A stretch of 64,000 bases of DNA from Isurus oxyrinchus (GCA_026770705.1 JANJGN010000034.1:5208001-5272000), one strand, 5' to 3'. Positions 40,501 to 55,626 are shown, numbered from the stretch's first letter. The notes: generated from the sequence alone by a model not told the origin. Numbers and translations are program-made.

Positions 40501-43188
40501 AAGGATAGTTTTTAAAAAATGAATATGTTAGGAGATGAGCAAAATTGGATGATAATAATATAAGTTAGTTGTCGAAAAAAACATAAAATAAAGCCATAAC
40601 GTTTAAAAGAAAAGTTGTGTTGCTTTGCCCAGAAGAGCTGCGATGGCGTAGAATTTTCACTGCAGAGAGTAGTTAACGGGCCACTGTAAAAACATCCCAG
40701 AGGAGGAAAGGTAAACACTCGAGCGTGCAGGGAGGAAACTGCTACGGTGGTAGGTTTAGAAGATGGAACAGGGGAGAAACTCGAGTGAAGCATAAAAAAT
40801 GACATCGAGTGTAGAGGTTGACCGGCCTGTTTCTGACCGAATATGTTGTGTTCTCTGTGAAGGAAATCTGCACGGAGAATATAATCAATCATTATATGAA
40901 CTGTAAAGTAGTTACAAGCTGGAGGTGTAGACGATTGTGTGCCTCAGGATTTAGAGTTTGAGGTCTCAATACAATGTGAATCCTCTCAGAAGCCAGCAAA
41001 TGCGTCAAAATGAATACATGATTCTACTTGACAGGAGATTTACAGAGTTCAAGCAGTGCATCAGGTGTACACATATAAAAGCATCAAAAGTCTTGAGAAA
41101 AATAAAGCAGCCTTCCTAACGTATTTCTGATATTAGAAATTCCAGGCCCACATTCAGGTTGTTAAGCGTGAAAGTCACTCATGCATGGATGAAATAAACA
41201 TCGTTATATTCCAAGCATCGACTTGCCAAACCTGTCTAAAATCCACTTGGTGATGAGCAGTGAATGCTGTTCGTAAGGAAGTTAGGCACATCCGGTAGTT
41301 AACACAAACAATTGAATCCATCCTCCTCCAGTTCTGCCATTCTGCACGCTCTTGATGTTTACCGCTCCATTATTGACTTCATGGCCTTCAGACCGAAAGG
41401 TTCCGTTACTGGTTTCTTCTCAAATGCACCCCCCCCCCCCACCCCGCCCCCGGCCTTTTCAAAACTCTTCGGTTCACTTTATGCAGCACTTTAAATCTTT
41501 TCTCTTTTCATCAAGTTATTTAGTGTTTTTCATTGCTTTTCGATGCGAAAGAGCTGTTGAATTCCAATTCATTTACAATTGTAAGTTGTGTCATAACACA
41601 TAATCATTGTTAAGCATGACACTAGTTAGACTACAGCTGGAGTACTGCGTGCAGCACTGTTCGCAGCACTATAGGAAGGATATGAGTACACTGGAAATGC
41701 TTCAGGGGAGATTCACCTGGATGTTGCCTGCATTGTAGCATTTAAACTATGAATAGAGACTGGGACGTCTGTGTTTCTTTATTGCTCAGAGCAAGAAGTC
41801 CAATGAGGGATCTGATAAAGGTATATAAACTGTAAGAGACGTAGATATGGTAGACCACTAGCGGAGGTGTCAATAATCATGGGGCATGGATTTAAGTTGA
41901 TCAGCAGGGGATCTGAGGATTTCCTTTTACACCTGGAGATGGTTTCACCTCTTTAAAAACTGCCTGAGGGAGTGAGGCACAGGCGGTGGGAAGGGGCGGG
42001 TGTGGGAGTGCGCTGGAATGTAATCCATCACAGTGCAGACCTACGCTTTGTAGATTGTGGACATGATCTGATCAGTGAGGAGGAGAGTTGTTCTCCATTG
42101 ATTGTACAGAGCCTGAACTGGCCTTTATGTAGTGTGTGCATATGGCACGTCCAGTTCAGTTTCTGCTCAATGATAACGGCAAAGATTTCAATAGGCGGTA
42201 TTCAGGCATGATGATTCCTCTGAATGTCAAGAGTGGATGGCGGGATTCTCTCTTTTGGGAGATTGTCATTTTATGGCCCCTGGTAGTCACGAAATTTGAC
42301 TGCCATTTTTCAGACCAAGCCTGGAACAGATCTTGTTTCATATTGCCACCCAGAGCTTCCTTATAATCGAGGATCAATTAGTTTTTGTTCTCTTTTCGCA
42401 CAGCAACCTCATTATTCCGAATGTTAATTTTTTTTGTGCCATATCGCATGAAGCGGTATACGAATAACACTGGCAATAATCAAGGATTTTTTTAATATTC
42501 TGGAGCTGTACGGATTTCGGGGTATAACACAGAAGAGGAAATTCATCTAGTATTTACAATAAAATGAGAGAATGGGGCTGTGGTTTAAAACAGTCAAAAT
42601 AATATTATGGAATATATTTACAGAGTTGAGACTGGAAAGTAAAATGTTTGTAACGATGGGGAAGATCAAAAAGGCAAAAAATATTGGAACTCAGGAAGGC
42701 ACCAATGTGATTGTGACTGAATGTCTCTAATGACACATGGAGCAATCTACATTCTTTAATTGAGGGCAATTTGCTGAAAATATAACTATCAGTGAATGTC
42801 TCTGCCCTTGCAAATGTGAGATTTTATGTGTTTCAATGTATTTGCTTTTAGCATTTTAATTGCTGAAGAAATGCTTTTAGGGCCTAAATTTGCCGAGGAG
42901 CTGAGTTCGGAAGTTCCATTCTCCTCTTCCTGCTTCCATTGATTTTTCCATCTCTGATTTGTTTCGGGCTCTAATCGAATTACTTGTCAGCCAGAGAGAC
43001 TTTGGCCTTCAATCCAAATCGTCATATTTGTTTGCTTTGTTATTTGCCACAAACCTTTATTTGTTAAGGCACCTGTGATGTGGATGCCAGGTTTGGCCAT
43101 GTTATTGGAGGCATACGCATTCAATTCGTTGTCATATTTGCATTAATCTATAATTCTCAACTGTGTCATAGTAGATCAATTATCTTAA

Positions 43189-44378
43189 TGTCACTTTAAT
43201 GTCCGCTTTGTCCTCACTTATAACCTCACCAGCCTCTGCATTCAAAGGATCATCCTCCAGCATTTCCGCCAATTCTAGCATGATGCCACCACCAAACACA
43301 TCTTTCCTTAACACCCCCCCCCCCCCCTCCACCTCCCACCGGCGGCATTCCGTAGGGATCGTTGCCTCTGTGACACCTTGGTCCACTCCTCCATCACCGC
43401 CTACTCCACAACCCCCACCTATGGCACATCTCCATGCCCATACAAAAGATGCAACACCTGCCCTTTCACTTCCTTTCGCCTCACAGTCCAACACCCCAAA
43501 CATTCCTTTCAAGTGAAGCAGCATTTTACCTGCATCTCCTCCAACTTAGTCTACTGCATTCGTTGCTCACAATGCGATCTCATCTACATTGGAGAGACCA
43601 AACGTAAACTGGGCGACCGCTTTGCAGAACATCTGCTATTTGTCCGCAAGAATGACTCAAATCTCCCTGTTGCTTGTCATTTTAACACACCACCCTCCTC
43701 TCTTGCCCACATGTCTGTCCTTGGTTTGCTGCATTGTTCCAGTGAAGCCCAAGGCAAACTGCAGGAACAGCACATCGTCTTCTGACTAAGCACTTTACAT
43801 CCTTCTGGACTGAATATTGAATTCACCAACTTTAGATCTTTAACTACTCCTCCACCCCACCCCCTTACTGTTTCTTCCCCCTTCCTTTTGTTTTTTTTAT
43901 CATTAATTTATTTCGATTTTTCTTTTCCCACCTATTTCCATTATTTTTAAATATTTTATGTCCTCCTAGCCTTTCCACCCCACCCCGACTAGAGCTGTAA
44001 CTTGAGTACCCAACCAACCATTCTTAATTTGCACATTCGTTTAGTTGATAACACCATCTTCAACACCTCTGTGTACTTTTGTTCTTTTGTCTGTCGCATC
44101 TTTTGATTACCTGTTCCTATCACTGCTAGCTTGTCCCTACAACCACAGCCACCCCCCCGACACTCTTCTCACCCCCCACCCAACCCACCCTCCCCCCACT
44201 TGAAAATAGTTTATATTTCATCCCTCTCCTTAGATTATTTCAGTTCTGTTGACGGGTCCTGGGAACTGGAAGTGTCAAACCTTTTCTTCTCTGCCGATAC
44301 TGCCAGACATGCTGGGTTTTTCAGAGCAATTGTGTTTTTGTTTCGGATTTCCAGCATCCATAGTTTTTTTTGTTTTTA
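43189..44378 (+). mobile_element. 5'-truncated Penelope-like retroelement (GIY-YIG endonuclease end) with an 8-bp flanking duplication
   Basis: ORF 43378-43785 contains FTCISSNLVYCIRCSQCDLIYIGETKRKLGDRFAEHL. It is flanked by tatcttaa at 43181-43188 and 44379-44386. Confidence 0.92.
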
Positions 44379-44665
44379 TATCTTAAGCTTGATCTCAATC
44401 TCCAACACTTTATATGCTAAGTAGACTGCTTTGATAATGGGTAGTTTAATGGCGATGTTTGGGATGAACAGCATTTATGAAAACTGTGGTTGTGGATCCA
44501 TGAGGGAATGCAACGCTCCGCTGGCAAAAGCCCTAATTTCGGCAATACCTATCACCTGGAAGTTCTGATGCAGCAGTGACATGGGAACGCCAGCGAGTGC
44601 AAACTGAGCGCCAAGCCACTGTGAAACCTGAACAAAAACTGTATCAGTGACACTTCAACGTCACG

Positions 44666-45097
44666 GGGCCAATATTTCCAAATTACCCTGCCAAGAGCCC
44701 ACTGCTTCATCATGCTGTATCATTCCTGGGACCCTCTCAGAATTTCGCCATGAACTCCGTGGGATATTCCCCCAGATTAAGAATACATTACAGAAGAATT
44801 GCACGTACATTGTCTGTGAGGTTTCCACAATGATTTTTGTCAATTATCCCGCTGCTGGAACCCTTTGGAACTCCGACGTCAAATGGTTTAATGTGGGCCA
44901 ATATTTCCAAATTACCCACTCAAGAGACCACTGTTCCTTCATACAGTATCATCACTGCGAGTCCTGTAGCCAGGAACTGCATTTGATGTCCCTTCAGATT
45001 AAGATTTCAGAATGGAAAGATTTCACGGAAATTGTCCGTGAGGTTGCCACTTCCTTTGTTGAATTATCCCGCAGCTGGAACTCTCTTAAACTCCGAT
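44666..45097 (+). repeat. ~230-bp local tandem duplication within the first cassette
   Basis: gggccaatatttccaaattaccc...aactccga occurs twice (~44666-44880 and ~44896-45097). Other cassettes carry at most one copy. Confidence 0.8.
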
Positions 45098-47329
45098 ATA
45101 TATGGAAGATTTCGGATTATGCCAATTCTCATAGCACAATACCAATGCAAATAAATTCCCTGGACCAAACCCGCTGCTAATGTTTGGATAATGAAACTAA
45201 TTAATCGTGTTCTGGCACACCAGCAGGCGCCCTGGTCAGCGATGCAAATATACAGAAAATTAATAACGCACTTCTGTTTCGTTTATGCAGAACATTATAA
45301 CTCTTGTCTTTCATCAAAATATTCAAAGCTTTTCGTTGCTTTTCCTTGCCTGAATCAATGCGAAGGAGCTGTTGAATTTAATTTGCATTACATTTGCAGG
45401 GTCTGTCAGAACGGTTAATCATTGCTAAGCATGAGGCTAGTTATACCACGACTTGAACACTTTGTGCAACTCTGGCCACCACGCTGTAGGAAGGATATGA
45501 CTGCACTGGACAGTTTCAGGGGGGGTTTCACCTGGAGGTTCTCAGATTTGGAGCGTTTCAGATATGAATACTTACTGGCTACGCTTCGTTTTTTTTAAAT
45601 CCTTAGAGCAAGACAGCTCATGAGGTATCTGATTAATGCATATAAAACTGTGAGGGAAATAGATAGCGAGAGAAAGGATGAAACATTTCCCATTAGCGGA
45701 GGTCTCAATAATCATGGGGATGGATTTAAAAGCCGGGATCAGAGCGTTCAGTGGGGATTTGAGGATTTCATTTTTCACCCACAGGGAGAGTGCAATCTGT
45801 AAATCACTGCTTGATTGAGAGGGAGTGGTTTATTTCATTACACTGCTGACATGTGCCTTGTAGATGCTGGACATTATCTGATTAAATAGGAAGAGAGTTG
45901 CTCTCCGCAGATTTTCCATAGCTTGATCTGCCCTTTAGGCCCTGTGTGTATGTGACAGATCCAGTTCAGTTTCTGATGAAAGGTGACAGCAAATGATTTA
46001 CTTTTCGAGAGTTCAGCCATTGCGATTCAACTCGCTTTCATAAGGCGATGGTTAGATTCTGTCTTTTTTGATATTGTCATTTCCTTCCCCTTGTAAGGCA
46101 CAAAATTTGATTGTCGTTTTTCAGCACAAGCCTGAAACGGCTCTTGCTGCATTAAGGGACCTAGTGTTTCCTTCTCATCGAATTTCAAATAATTTTATGT
46201 TTCTCGTTTTAGAGCAGCAACCCCATTATTCCGAAAGTTCATTTTTTTTGTTGTGACTCATTGTATGAAGCGCTATAGGAATAACACTGGCTGTATTCAA
46301 GGAAAAGTTGTAATTGGGAGCTTTACGGAATTCGGGGTGTTTTACAGAAGATAAAAACCGTATAGCATTTACCATGACATGAGGAGATGGAGGTGGGATG
46401 TCAAAGAGTGATAATAACTATAATAAAATGTAGTTACAGAGTTGGCACTGGAAAATAAAATGTTTCTGTAGTTGTAGAATATCAAAAATGCAACAATATT
46501 GGAACTCAGGAGACACCAATGTATTTAGTGCTGAACGGCTCTCATGAACCACCGAGCAATCTACAGTCTTTAATTGAAGGCAATTTGCTGAAAATAAAAC
46601 TATCAGTGAATGTCTCCGCCCGTTTAAATGTGAGATTTCCTGTGCTTCAAGATATTAGCGTTTTGTGCTTAAAACAATGATGTTCTGGTTTCAGGTCCTA
46701 AATTTTCTTAGGAGCTTAGTTCAGAAGTTCCATTCTACTCTCCGCTTCCTTTGATGTTTCTATCTCCGCTTTGTTATGGGCCCTAATTGAGTCACTTGTC
46801 ACCCAGACAGTCTTTGGTCTTCTATCATATTCGTCACATTTTTTGGCTTTTTGATTTCAGGTATACCTTTATTTGTTAACATACCTGTGATGCGAATTGC
46901 CATGTTTCGCTACAGTAATGGCGCCACATGCATTTAATTCGTTGTCATTTCTGCATTATTCTATAATTGTCACCAGTGTCACTATTTATTAATTAATTGA
47001 GGTCTCAAGTCAAGTAGACTCCTTTGATAATGGGTTCCCATTTCCGGATACACGAGATTTTACATAATTCGCATGTTTGATTCATTCTCTGTGCATGTAT
47101 GCATTCAAATTCTTCAAAGAGAATTAAGAATCTGTTTGGCACTATATTAACGGTATATTTCCAGTTCATGCATAGATGCTTTCCTTTTGCAAGGTCTGCT
47201 TGTATTGGGATGCAGCAAGTCCACACCAATACAGGATTCTGAGTTTGATTTTGCTGTCAACTGTTCTGTTAATTGTTTGAAAATGAAATAAATTGTGAAT
47301 AAAATGAGACATTTCCATTCCGCCTACAG

Positions 47330-47350
47330 ACATGGAAAAGGAGATTGAAG
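47330..47350 (+). CDS. 21-nt heptad microexon, DMEKEIE
   Basis: catttccattccgcctacag|ACATGGAAAAGGAGATTGAAG|gtaaga. Confidence 0.85.
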
Positions 47351-50252
47351 GTAAGAGCAGGGCGAAATGAATTTTGATGTATGGTTCTTCCCTGGATCTC
47401 TGATACCACCGAGCCGGAATGCAATTAGAACTGGCTACAATTATTTCCAACAATTCCAATGACATGAACCAGTCGTGCGAAGGCTAGATATTTCCATGGA
47501 TCAGGAGCACAAGATTGGAAATAATATTTTTTTCCACACAAAATGCTCTCAATATCAATAACATTCCTGTTGACTTGCATGCAATTATTTTTCATGTACT
47601 ATGTAGATGGCAGTAGTAGGTTAATGGCGATTTCTCGGATGAATAGCCGTGAAGAAAACGTGGGCGTGTGTCCGTAAGTGAAGCCAACGCTCCACTGGCA
47701 ACAGGTCCAATTTCTGCAATACCAATCACCTCCAAATGCTGAAGCAGCAGTGGCATGGGAACGCCGGTGAGTGCAAACGCAGCTCCAAGCTACGAAGCAA
47801 CATGAAAAGAAACGGTTTCAGCCATCCTTCACTGTCACCGGGCCAATATTTCCAACTTACCCTCCCAAGAACCCAACATTCTTTCGTACTGTATCATTCC
47901 TGGGAGTCCTACCAGAATGTAACCAGGAACTGCGAGGCATATCCCCCAAGATTAAGAATTCATAACAGTAGGATTGCACAGAAATTGTTGTTGAGGTTTC
48001 CAGTTATTTTGTTCAATTATCCCGCAGCTGAAACCCTCTAAAACTCCGACGTAATGTGGGAGTTTTCGGATGATTCCAAATCTTGTAGCAGAAAAGCTAC
48101 GCAAATAAATTGCCAGGGACCTAGAACGTTTCTAATGCTTGGATAATCAAACTAATTATTCATAACCCTGCACACAATCGGGTGCCCAGATCAGCGATGG
48201 CAATATTAAGAAAATGATTAATACTCTTAACTTTTATTCATGTAGAACTTTAAATCTTTCCTCTTTCTTCAAGATATTTACATTTTTTCATCGTTTTGCC
48301 TTGCCTGAATAGAAGCGAAGGAGCTGTTCGATTTCATTTGCAATGGTAAGGCCTGTCCTCACATATAATCATTGTTAAGCATGGCACTAGTTAGAACGCA
48401 GCAGGAGCACAATGTGCAGCTCTGGTCACAGCACTGTAGGGAGGATCTGACTGCACTGGAGTTGTTCAGGAGAGATTCACCTGCACGTTACCTGATTTAA
48501 AGCGTTTCAACTGTGAATAGCGACTGGTTAGGCTGAGTATTTTTTTATTCCTCAGAGCAATAAGGCAAACTTGGGTTCAGAAAAATGTATAACAATCTTT
48601 GAGGGAAACAGATGGGGTAAATAGGAAGGAACGTTTCCGCTTAGCAGAGTTGACAATAATCATTAGGCATGGAATGAAGGGACATGAACAGGGGGTTTAG
48701 AGAGGATTTGCGGGTTCCTTTTTCAGCCAGAGGGTCGGTTGAATCTGCAGGACACTGCCTGAGTGATGGGGGAGGGATGTGCACTCCATCGCAGTGCAGA
48801 CATGTGCCTTGTAGATGGTGGACATGATCTGAGCAGTCAGGAAGAGAGTTGTTCTCTGCAGAACTACCCTTCATGCACTGTTTGTATAGGACAGATCCGG
48901 TTCAGTTTCTGGTCAATGATAACGACAAATATTTCAACAGAGGGGAATTGATCCATGATAATCACTCACAATGTCAAGAAGGGATGATTTGACTCTCTCT
49001 TTTTGGAGATTGTCATTTTCTGGCCACTGTGAGGCAAGAAATTGGTTTGCCATTTTTCAGCACAAGCCTGAAACAGCTCTCGCTGCCTTTCACCGCGCAG
49101 TACCTCCTTCTAATGGAGATAAATTAGTTTTTTTTTCACTTTTAGCACAGCGACATCATTGTTCCGCATATTCACATCTTTTTGTGAACAACTCATGAAG
49201 CGATATTTTAATATTACTGGCAGTATTCAATGATTTTTTTTTTAATTGGGAGCATTACGGAATTCGGGGCATTTTATAGAAGAGGAAACATTTATAGCAC
49301 TTACCACGACACGAGGTGATGATGGTGGGGTGTCAAAGAATGATAAATTATTTTATGGAATGTACTTACAGTGTTGACACTGGAAAATAAAATACCGGTG
49401 GGGAATAGTAAAAAAGTCAAAAGTACTGCAACACAGGAATGCACCAACTTGGTTGGTACTGAATGGTATTTAACTGAGGGCAGTTGGCTGAAAAAAAAAC
49501 TTTCAGTGAATGTCTCCAATCTTACTAATGTGAGGTTCTCTATATTTCAAAGTATTAGTGATTAGCATTTTATATACTGAAGAAATGATTTCAGGGCCGA
49601 AATTTGGTGAGGACCTAAGTTCGGAAGTTCCATTCTCATCTCTCTGCTTACTTTTTTTTTTCTTCTCCGCTTTGTTACCTGCTCTAATCGAATCACATGT
49701 AGTGCAGAGAGACTTTGGCTTTCTATGCCAACAGTCATATTTTTTGCTTTGAGATTGGAAGCATATACTTTTCTGTTAAGACACCGGTGACGTGACTTGC
49801 TACGTTTTGCAACGTTAATGGCTCCATATGCTTTCAATTTGTTGTCATTTTTCATTTATTCTGCTATTATGATATTGTCACACCAAGTCAATTATCTTCA
49901 GCATGAATTCAATCCCCATCACATTATACGCTATGTAGACTGCCTTGACCATAATTTTCCCTTTTAAGGCTACAGGACATTTGAGATATTTCGCATATTT
50001 TTGTCATTATCTGCTTATGTATGTATTCAAATGCTTCAAACATAAATATGAATCTATTCGGCCGTATGTTTAAGGTATATTGTCAGCTTATGCATGCATG
50101 CTGTCCTTTTGCATGGCATGATTGCGATGGGATGCCACAATACCACACCAATATTGGATTCTGAGATTGATTACGCAGTCAATTGTTCTTTTAATTATAC
50201 AAAAGTAAAATAAACTCGACCGAAAAATAAAATCTTTCTATTCTGCCGACAG

Positions 50253-50273
50253 TACTGGGGCTAGCCAAGGAAG
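50253..50273 (+). CDS. 21-nt heptad microexon, VLGLAKE
   Basis: atctttctattctgccgacag|TACTGGGGCTAGCCAAGGAAG|gtaaga. Confidence 0.8.
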
Positions 50274-53121
50274 GTAAGACCTGGGCCTAATTAATTTTGA
50301 TCTATAGTGTCTTACTTGTATTATCGTTAAACACGAGCCTGAATGCAAATTGAGAAGTCTGAAACTATTTACAACCAGCCCAGAATAATGGACTAATCAT
50401 GGGAAGTATTCATATTTTCTTGGAACAAGAGTGTCGGAATGGAAATAATATTTCCTACACACAAAACGCTCTCCATACCAACAACATTCCTATGACATCT
50501 GTCAACCAACATTTCATGCAATATTTCGAAGGCACTGATAAGTTTATATCAATATCTTTGATGCACTACTTAAAAGGAAAACGTGGGTGCTGCTCCGTAC
50601 GGGAAGCAAACTCCTTGCTGGCAACATCTCTTTTCTGCAAGACCTATCACCTCGAAGTGCTCATGCGAACGCCGGTGAGTGCAAACTCAGTTGCAACCAC
50701 TGAGCGACCTGAACATAAACGGGATCAGCGTCCCATCACTGTCACGAGGCCAATATTTCTTAATTACCCTGCAAAGAGCCTACCGTTTCTTCATTCAGTA
50801 TTGTTCCTGGGATCCCGAGCAGAAGGTAGCAAGGGACTGCTTGGGCTATCCACCCAACTGTGAATTCATTACGGAAGCATTGCAGGGAAATTGTTTGTCA
50901 GCGTTCCACTTGTTTTTGTCAATTATACCGTGGCTTGAACCCATCGAATCTCTGACGTAATGTGGGAGAATTTGAATGTTTCCAAATCTCTAGGAGAATA
51001 GTGACACAAATAAATTCCCAATGACATAAAACAGCTACAAAGACTTGGATAATTAACCAAATTGCTCGTAACCCGGCTCACCAGCGGTTGCCCAGATTAG
51101 CAAAGGCTATGTACAGATAATTAATAATGCACCTCTGGTTCCTTCATGTAGCATTTTAAATCTTTCCTCCTTCATCATTTTATTTACAGTTTTTCAGCGG
51201 TTTTCATTGACTGAATTGACGCAAAGGAACTGTTGAATTTCCTTTGCATTAGAATTGTACCGTGGGTCATAACACATCATCATTGTTAAGCATGACGCTA
51301 GATAGACCACAAATCGATCACTAGTTCCGCTCTGTTCACTGCAATATGGGATTTTTGTGACTACACCAGCGATGGTGCACCGGAGATTCACCTGAATATT
51401 ACCTGATTTGGAGATTTTCAACTATGTGTGCCTTTTTTTTTATTCCTCAAGCAAGAATGCTAATGAGAGTTCTGATGAATGTGTATTAAACTATGCGGGA
51501 CATAGATAGGTGAGATAGGAAGAAATATTCCCCATTTTCGGAGTTGTCAAAAATCATAGAGAATAGATTTAAGGGGACTGGGGTTTCCGAGATGTTTTGA
51601 GGATTTCCTTTACCACCCATATGAAAGACACGCCTGATGGAGGATGGAGGAGGGGAGTGGGGAGGGTGAATTCCAAAACTGTGCAGACTATGCCTTGTGT
51701 ATGGTGGAAATGATTTGATAAGTCAGATGGAGATGTGTTCTCCGCAGATTTTCCAGACTATGAGCAGCCCTTAAGGCACTGTGATTATATGATCAATGCA
51801 GTTCAGTTTACTCTCCTTGATGACACCAAAGATTTTCATAAACGGGTATGCAGACATGGTGATTCCTCTGAATGTCAACTGAGGATGGCTGCAATCTTTC
51901 TTTTTGGAAATTGTCGTTTTCTGGCCCCTTTGAGGCAAGAAATGCGTTTGCCGTTTTTCAGTTCAATCCTGAAACAGTTCTAGCTGTATTTCGCCATGAA
52001 TAGCTTCCTTCTAATCTAGGATAAAATTGTTCTTTTTTTAGCACAGCATCTTCATCATGTCGAATGTTCATATTATTTTGTGACACTTCTCATGAAGCAA
52101 TATAGCAATAACCCTGGCAGTAATCAAGGAAACTTATTAATTGGGAGTTATATGGAATATGGTTTCTTTTACAGAAGAGGAAACAGGGGTAGCATTGTCC
52201 TTGACACGAGGAAATATGGATGGGGTGTCAATGAGTGATAAATTTGGAATGTATTTACAGAGTTGACACAGGAAAATGGAATGTTTCTACCGGTGGAAAT
52301 ATAAAAAAGGGAAGAATATTGAACCTCAGGAAGGCACTGATGTGATTTGGACTGAATGACTCTCAACTACCACCGTGCAATCTACAGTTTTCAATTGAGG
52401 GAAATTTGCTGAAAATAAAACTATCAGTGAATATCTCCAACCTTCCGAAGATGATATCTTCTGTATTTCAAAGCATTCTGGTTTAGCGTTTTAAATTTAG
52501 CAATTCTAATCTCTCTTGTTGCGATGGATATTTTTTCCATCCTGCTTTATTAACGTCACTAATCGAATCATGTGCAGGCCAGATATCCTTTGGCTTTCTA
52601 TCCCATCAGTCATTTATTTTGCTTTGAGATTGGAAGCATATCTTTATTTGTTAACTCACCTGCGACATGACTTGCCATGTTTTGCTACGTTAAAGGAGCC
52701 ATATGCATTTAGTTCGTTGACATGTTTTCGTTATTCTATAATTCGCACTAGTGTCACTATAGGTCAATTATCTTCAGCATGAAGTCAATCTTCATCTCCT
52801 TATATGCTTCGTAGGATGCTCTGATCATGTTCTTCCCGTTTTAGGATACAGGTAATTTTAGGGACTTCGCATATTTGATTCATTCTCTGCTAATGTATGC
52901 ATTCGCATGCTTCAAAGAGAATTATGAATATATTTGGCGTTTTTCTACTGCTACATTTCTAGCTTATGCATGCATGCTTTAACTGCGCATGACCTGCTTG
53001 CAATGGGATGCCACAATTCCACAGCAGCACTGGATTGTCAGTTTGGTTTTGCAGTTCTGCTAATTATTCAAAAGTAAAATAATTTTTTTGCAAACATGAA
53101 TGTTTTCCATTCCACCTACAG

Positions 53122-53142
53122 CACTTGGAAAGGTCACTGACG
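53122..53142 (+). CDS. 21-nt heptad microexon, ALGKVTD
   Basis: tgttttccattccacctacag|CACTTGGAAAGGTCACTGACG|gtaaga. Confidence 0.82.
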
Positions 53143-55626
53143 GTAAGAAAATGGCGAAATGAATTTGATGTAAAACGTCTTAAATGCATCATCGATACAC
53201 ACGACCCCGAATGATATTTGAGAAGGCTCAAATTATTTACAACAAACCAAGAATCATGAACTAATCTTGAGAAGCCTAGATATTTCCTTGGTCCAAGTGT
53301 GTGGGACTTGAAATAAAATTTATTCCACGCAAAATGCTTTCAATACCTCGGACATTCCTAATGTCATCTATGCACCTACATTTCATGCAATGTTTAGATG
53401 ACACTCGTCGGTTAATGGCAATGCCTGGGATGAATAGCATTGAAAACAAACGTAGGTGTTGCTCCATAAGGGAAGCCAACGCTACGCTGGCAAAATGTCC
53501 AAATTCCGCAAAGGCTATCACCTTGAAGTGCTAATGCAGCAGCAGGAGGGAAATGCCACCAAGTGCAAACTAAGCTCCCAGCCATTGAGCAAACTGAACA
53601 TTAGATCTTTCCTCTTTCATCATGACATTTACAGTTTTGCATTGCTTTTCCTGGTCTGAATCGATGCCAAGGAGCTGTTCAATATCATTCACATTACAAT
53701 TGTAAGGTGTGCCATAACATATAATCATTGTTAAGCATAACGTTCGTCTGACCACAGCTGGAGAACGGTGTGCATCTCTGGTCGCCGCACTAAATGCAGG
53801 ATGTGACTGCAATGGAAATGGTTGAAGGGAAATTCACCTGGATGTTACCTGATTTGGAGCATTCGAACTCTAAGAGGAGTCACTCTAGGCAGCGTTTTTA
53901 ATTCCTCAAAGCTAAGATGCTAGTCAGGGATCTGATGAATTCATATAAAACTATGAAGGACAGAGATATGCTAGATAGGAAGAAATATTTCCCATTAGCG
54001 GAGATTACAATAATAATGAGGCTTGGATTTAAGTTTAGGCAACAGGGAGTTCAGAGGGGAATTGATTATTCCCTTTTTTTGCCCAGAAGATGGTGGGAGT
54101 CTGCAACATACTGCATGATTGAGGGGGTGTGGTCCATTCCATCACAGTGCAAACCTGTGCCCTGTAGACGGTGGACATGATTAGATTAGTTAGGCAGAGA
54201 GTTGCACTCCGCAGATTGTCCAGAGCTTGGCCAGCTGTGAGTATTTGAAAGATGTGGTTCACTTTGTGCTCATTAATAACACCAAAGATTTTAATAGACA
54301 TGTATTCAGCCATGGTATTCCTTTGTAAGTCAATTGCGATTCTCTCTTTTTGGAGATTGTTATTTTCTGGCTTTTGTGAGGCACGAAATGTGTTTGCCAC
54401 TTTACAGCCTAAGCCTAAAGCAGCACTTGCTGCAGATAGCCACGCTGTCCATCCTTCTAAACCAGGACCAAATCGTTTTTTTGTCTCTTTTAGTGGAGCG
54501 ACCTCATTATTCTGAATATTCATATTATTTTGTGAGAAATCACATGAAACGATATAGCAATATCAATGGAAGTGTTCAAGGAAAATATTTAATTGGTATC
54601 CGTATGGATTTCGTGTATATTACAGAAGAGGAAACATGGTAAAATTAACCATGACAGAAAGAGATGGGGCTGGTGTGTCAAAGAGCGGTAATTAATATTA
54701 TGGAACGTATTTAGAGTTGACAGAGGAACTAAAATGTATCTGCTTGTGGCGAATATCAAAAGCGCAAAAATATTTGAACTTAACTAGGCACCAATCTGAT
54801 TGTGACTCTATTGCTCTCTTGAACCACTGAGCAAGCTGCATAAGTTAATTGAGGGCAATTAACTGAAAATACAAGTATCACTGAAATTCTCTGCCCTTCC
54901 AAATGTGAGTTTTTCTGCACTTCATGGTATTTACGTTTAGCGTTTTAAGTGCTGAAAAAAAGTTTTCAAAGCCTAAATATGCCGAGGAGCTTAGTTCCGA
55001 GGTTGTGCTCTCATCTCTGTGCTTCCTTTGATTAAACCATCTCCGAATTTTACAACTTCTAATCAAATCATTTGTCACCCAATTTTTGCCCTTCGACGCC
55101 ATTTGTCTTTTGTATTTGATTTGTTAATTGCAGCATACCCTTACTTGTTAATGCAACTCTGACGTGACTTGTTATATTTTGCTATGCTGATGGTGCCATA
55201 TGCATTTTATTCATTGCCACATTTGCATGATTCTATAATTCTCACCATGGTCACTCTAGGTCAATGATCTTAAGCTTGAACTCAATCCTCATCACTTTGT
55301 ACGTTAATTGGACTGCCTTGGTAATTGTTTTCCCATTTACGTGCTCCGGTAAATTTGAGATACTTAGCATATTTGAATCATTCTCCGCTAACGTATGTAT
55401 TTGAATGTTTCAAAGAGAATTATGAGGATATTTTGGTGTTATATTACTCGTACATTGCTAGCACATTCATGCATGCTGTACTTTCTATGAACTGCTTGTA
55501 TTCGAATGTTACAATACCAGGTCGATACTACACTCTGAGCTTGGTTTTACAGTCAGTTGTTCTGTTAACTGTTGAAAAGTAAATTCAATTTGACGCAAAT
55601 TTGAGAGCTTTCTATTCTGCCTACAG

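Noticed and set aside
42028-54150. CACAGTG heptamers in the cassettes, suggesting V(D)J recombination signals or J segments
   Set aside because: No nonamer at 12/23 spacing where checked and no FGxG/WGxG motif. The heptamer lies within a LINE fragment and is not conserved across all units.
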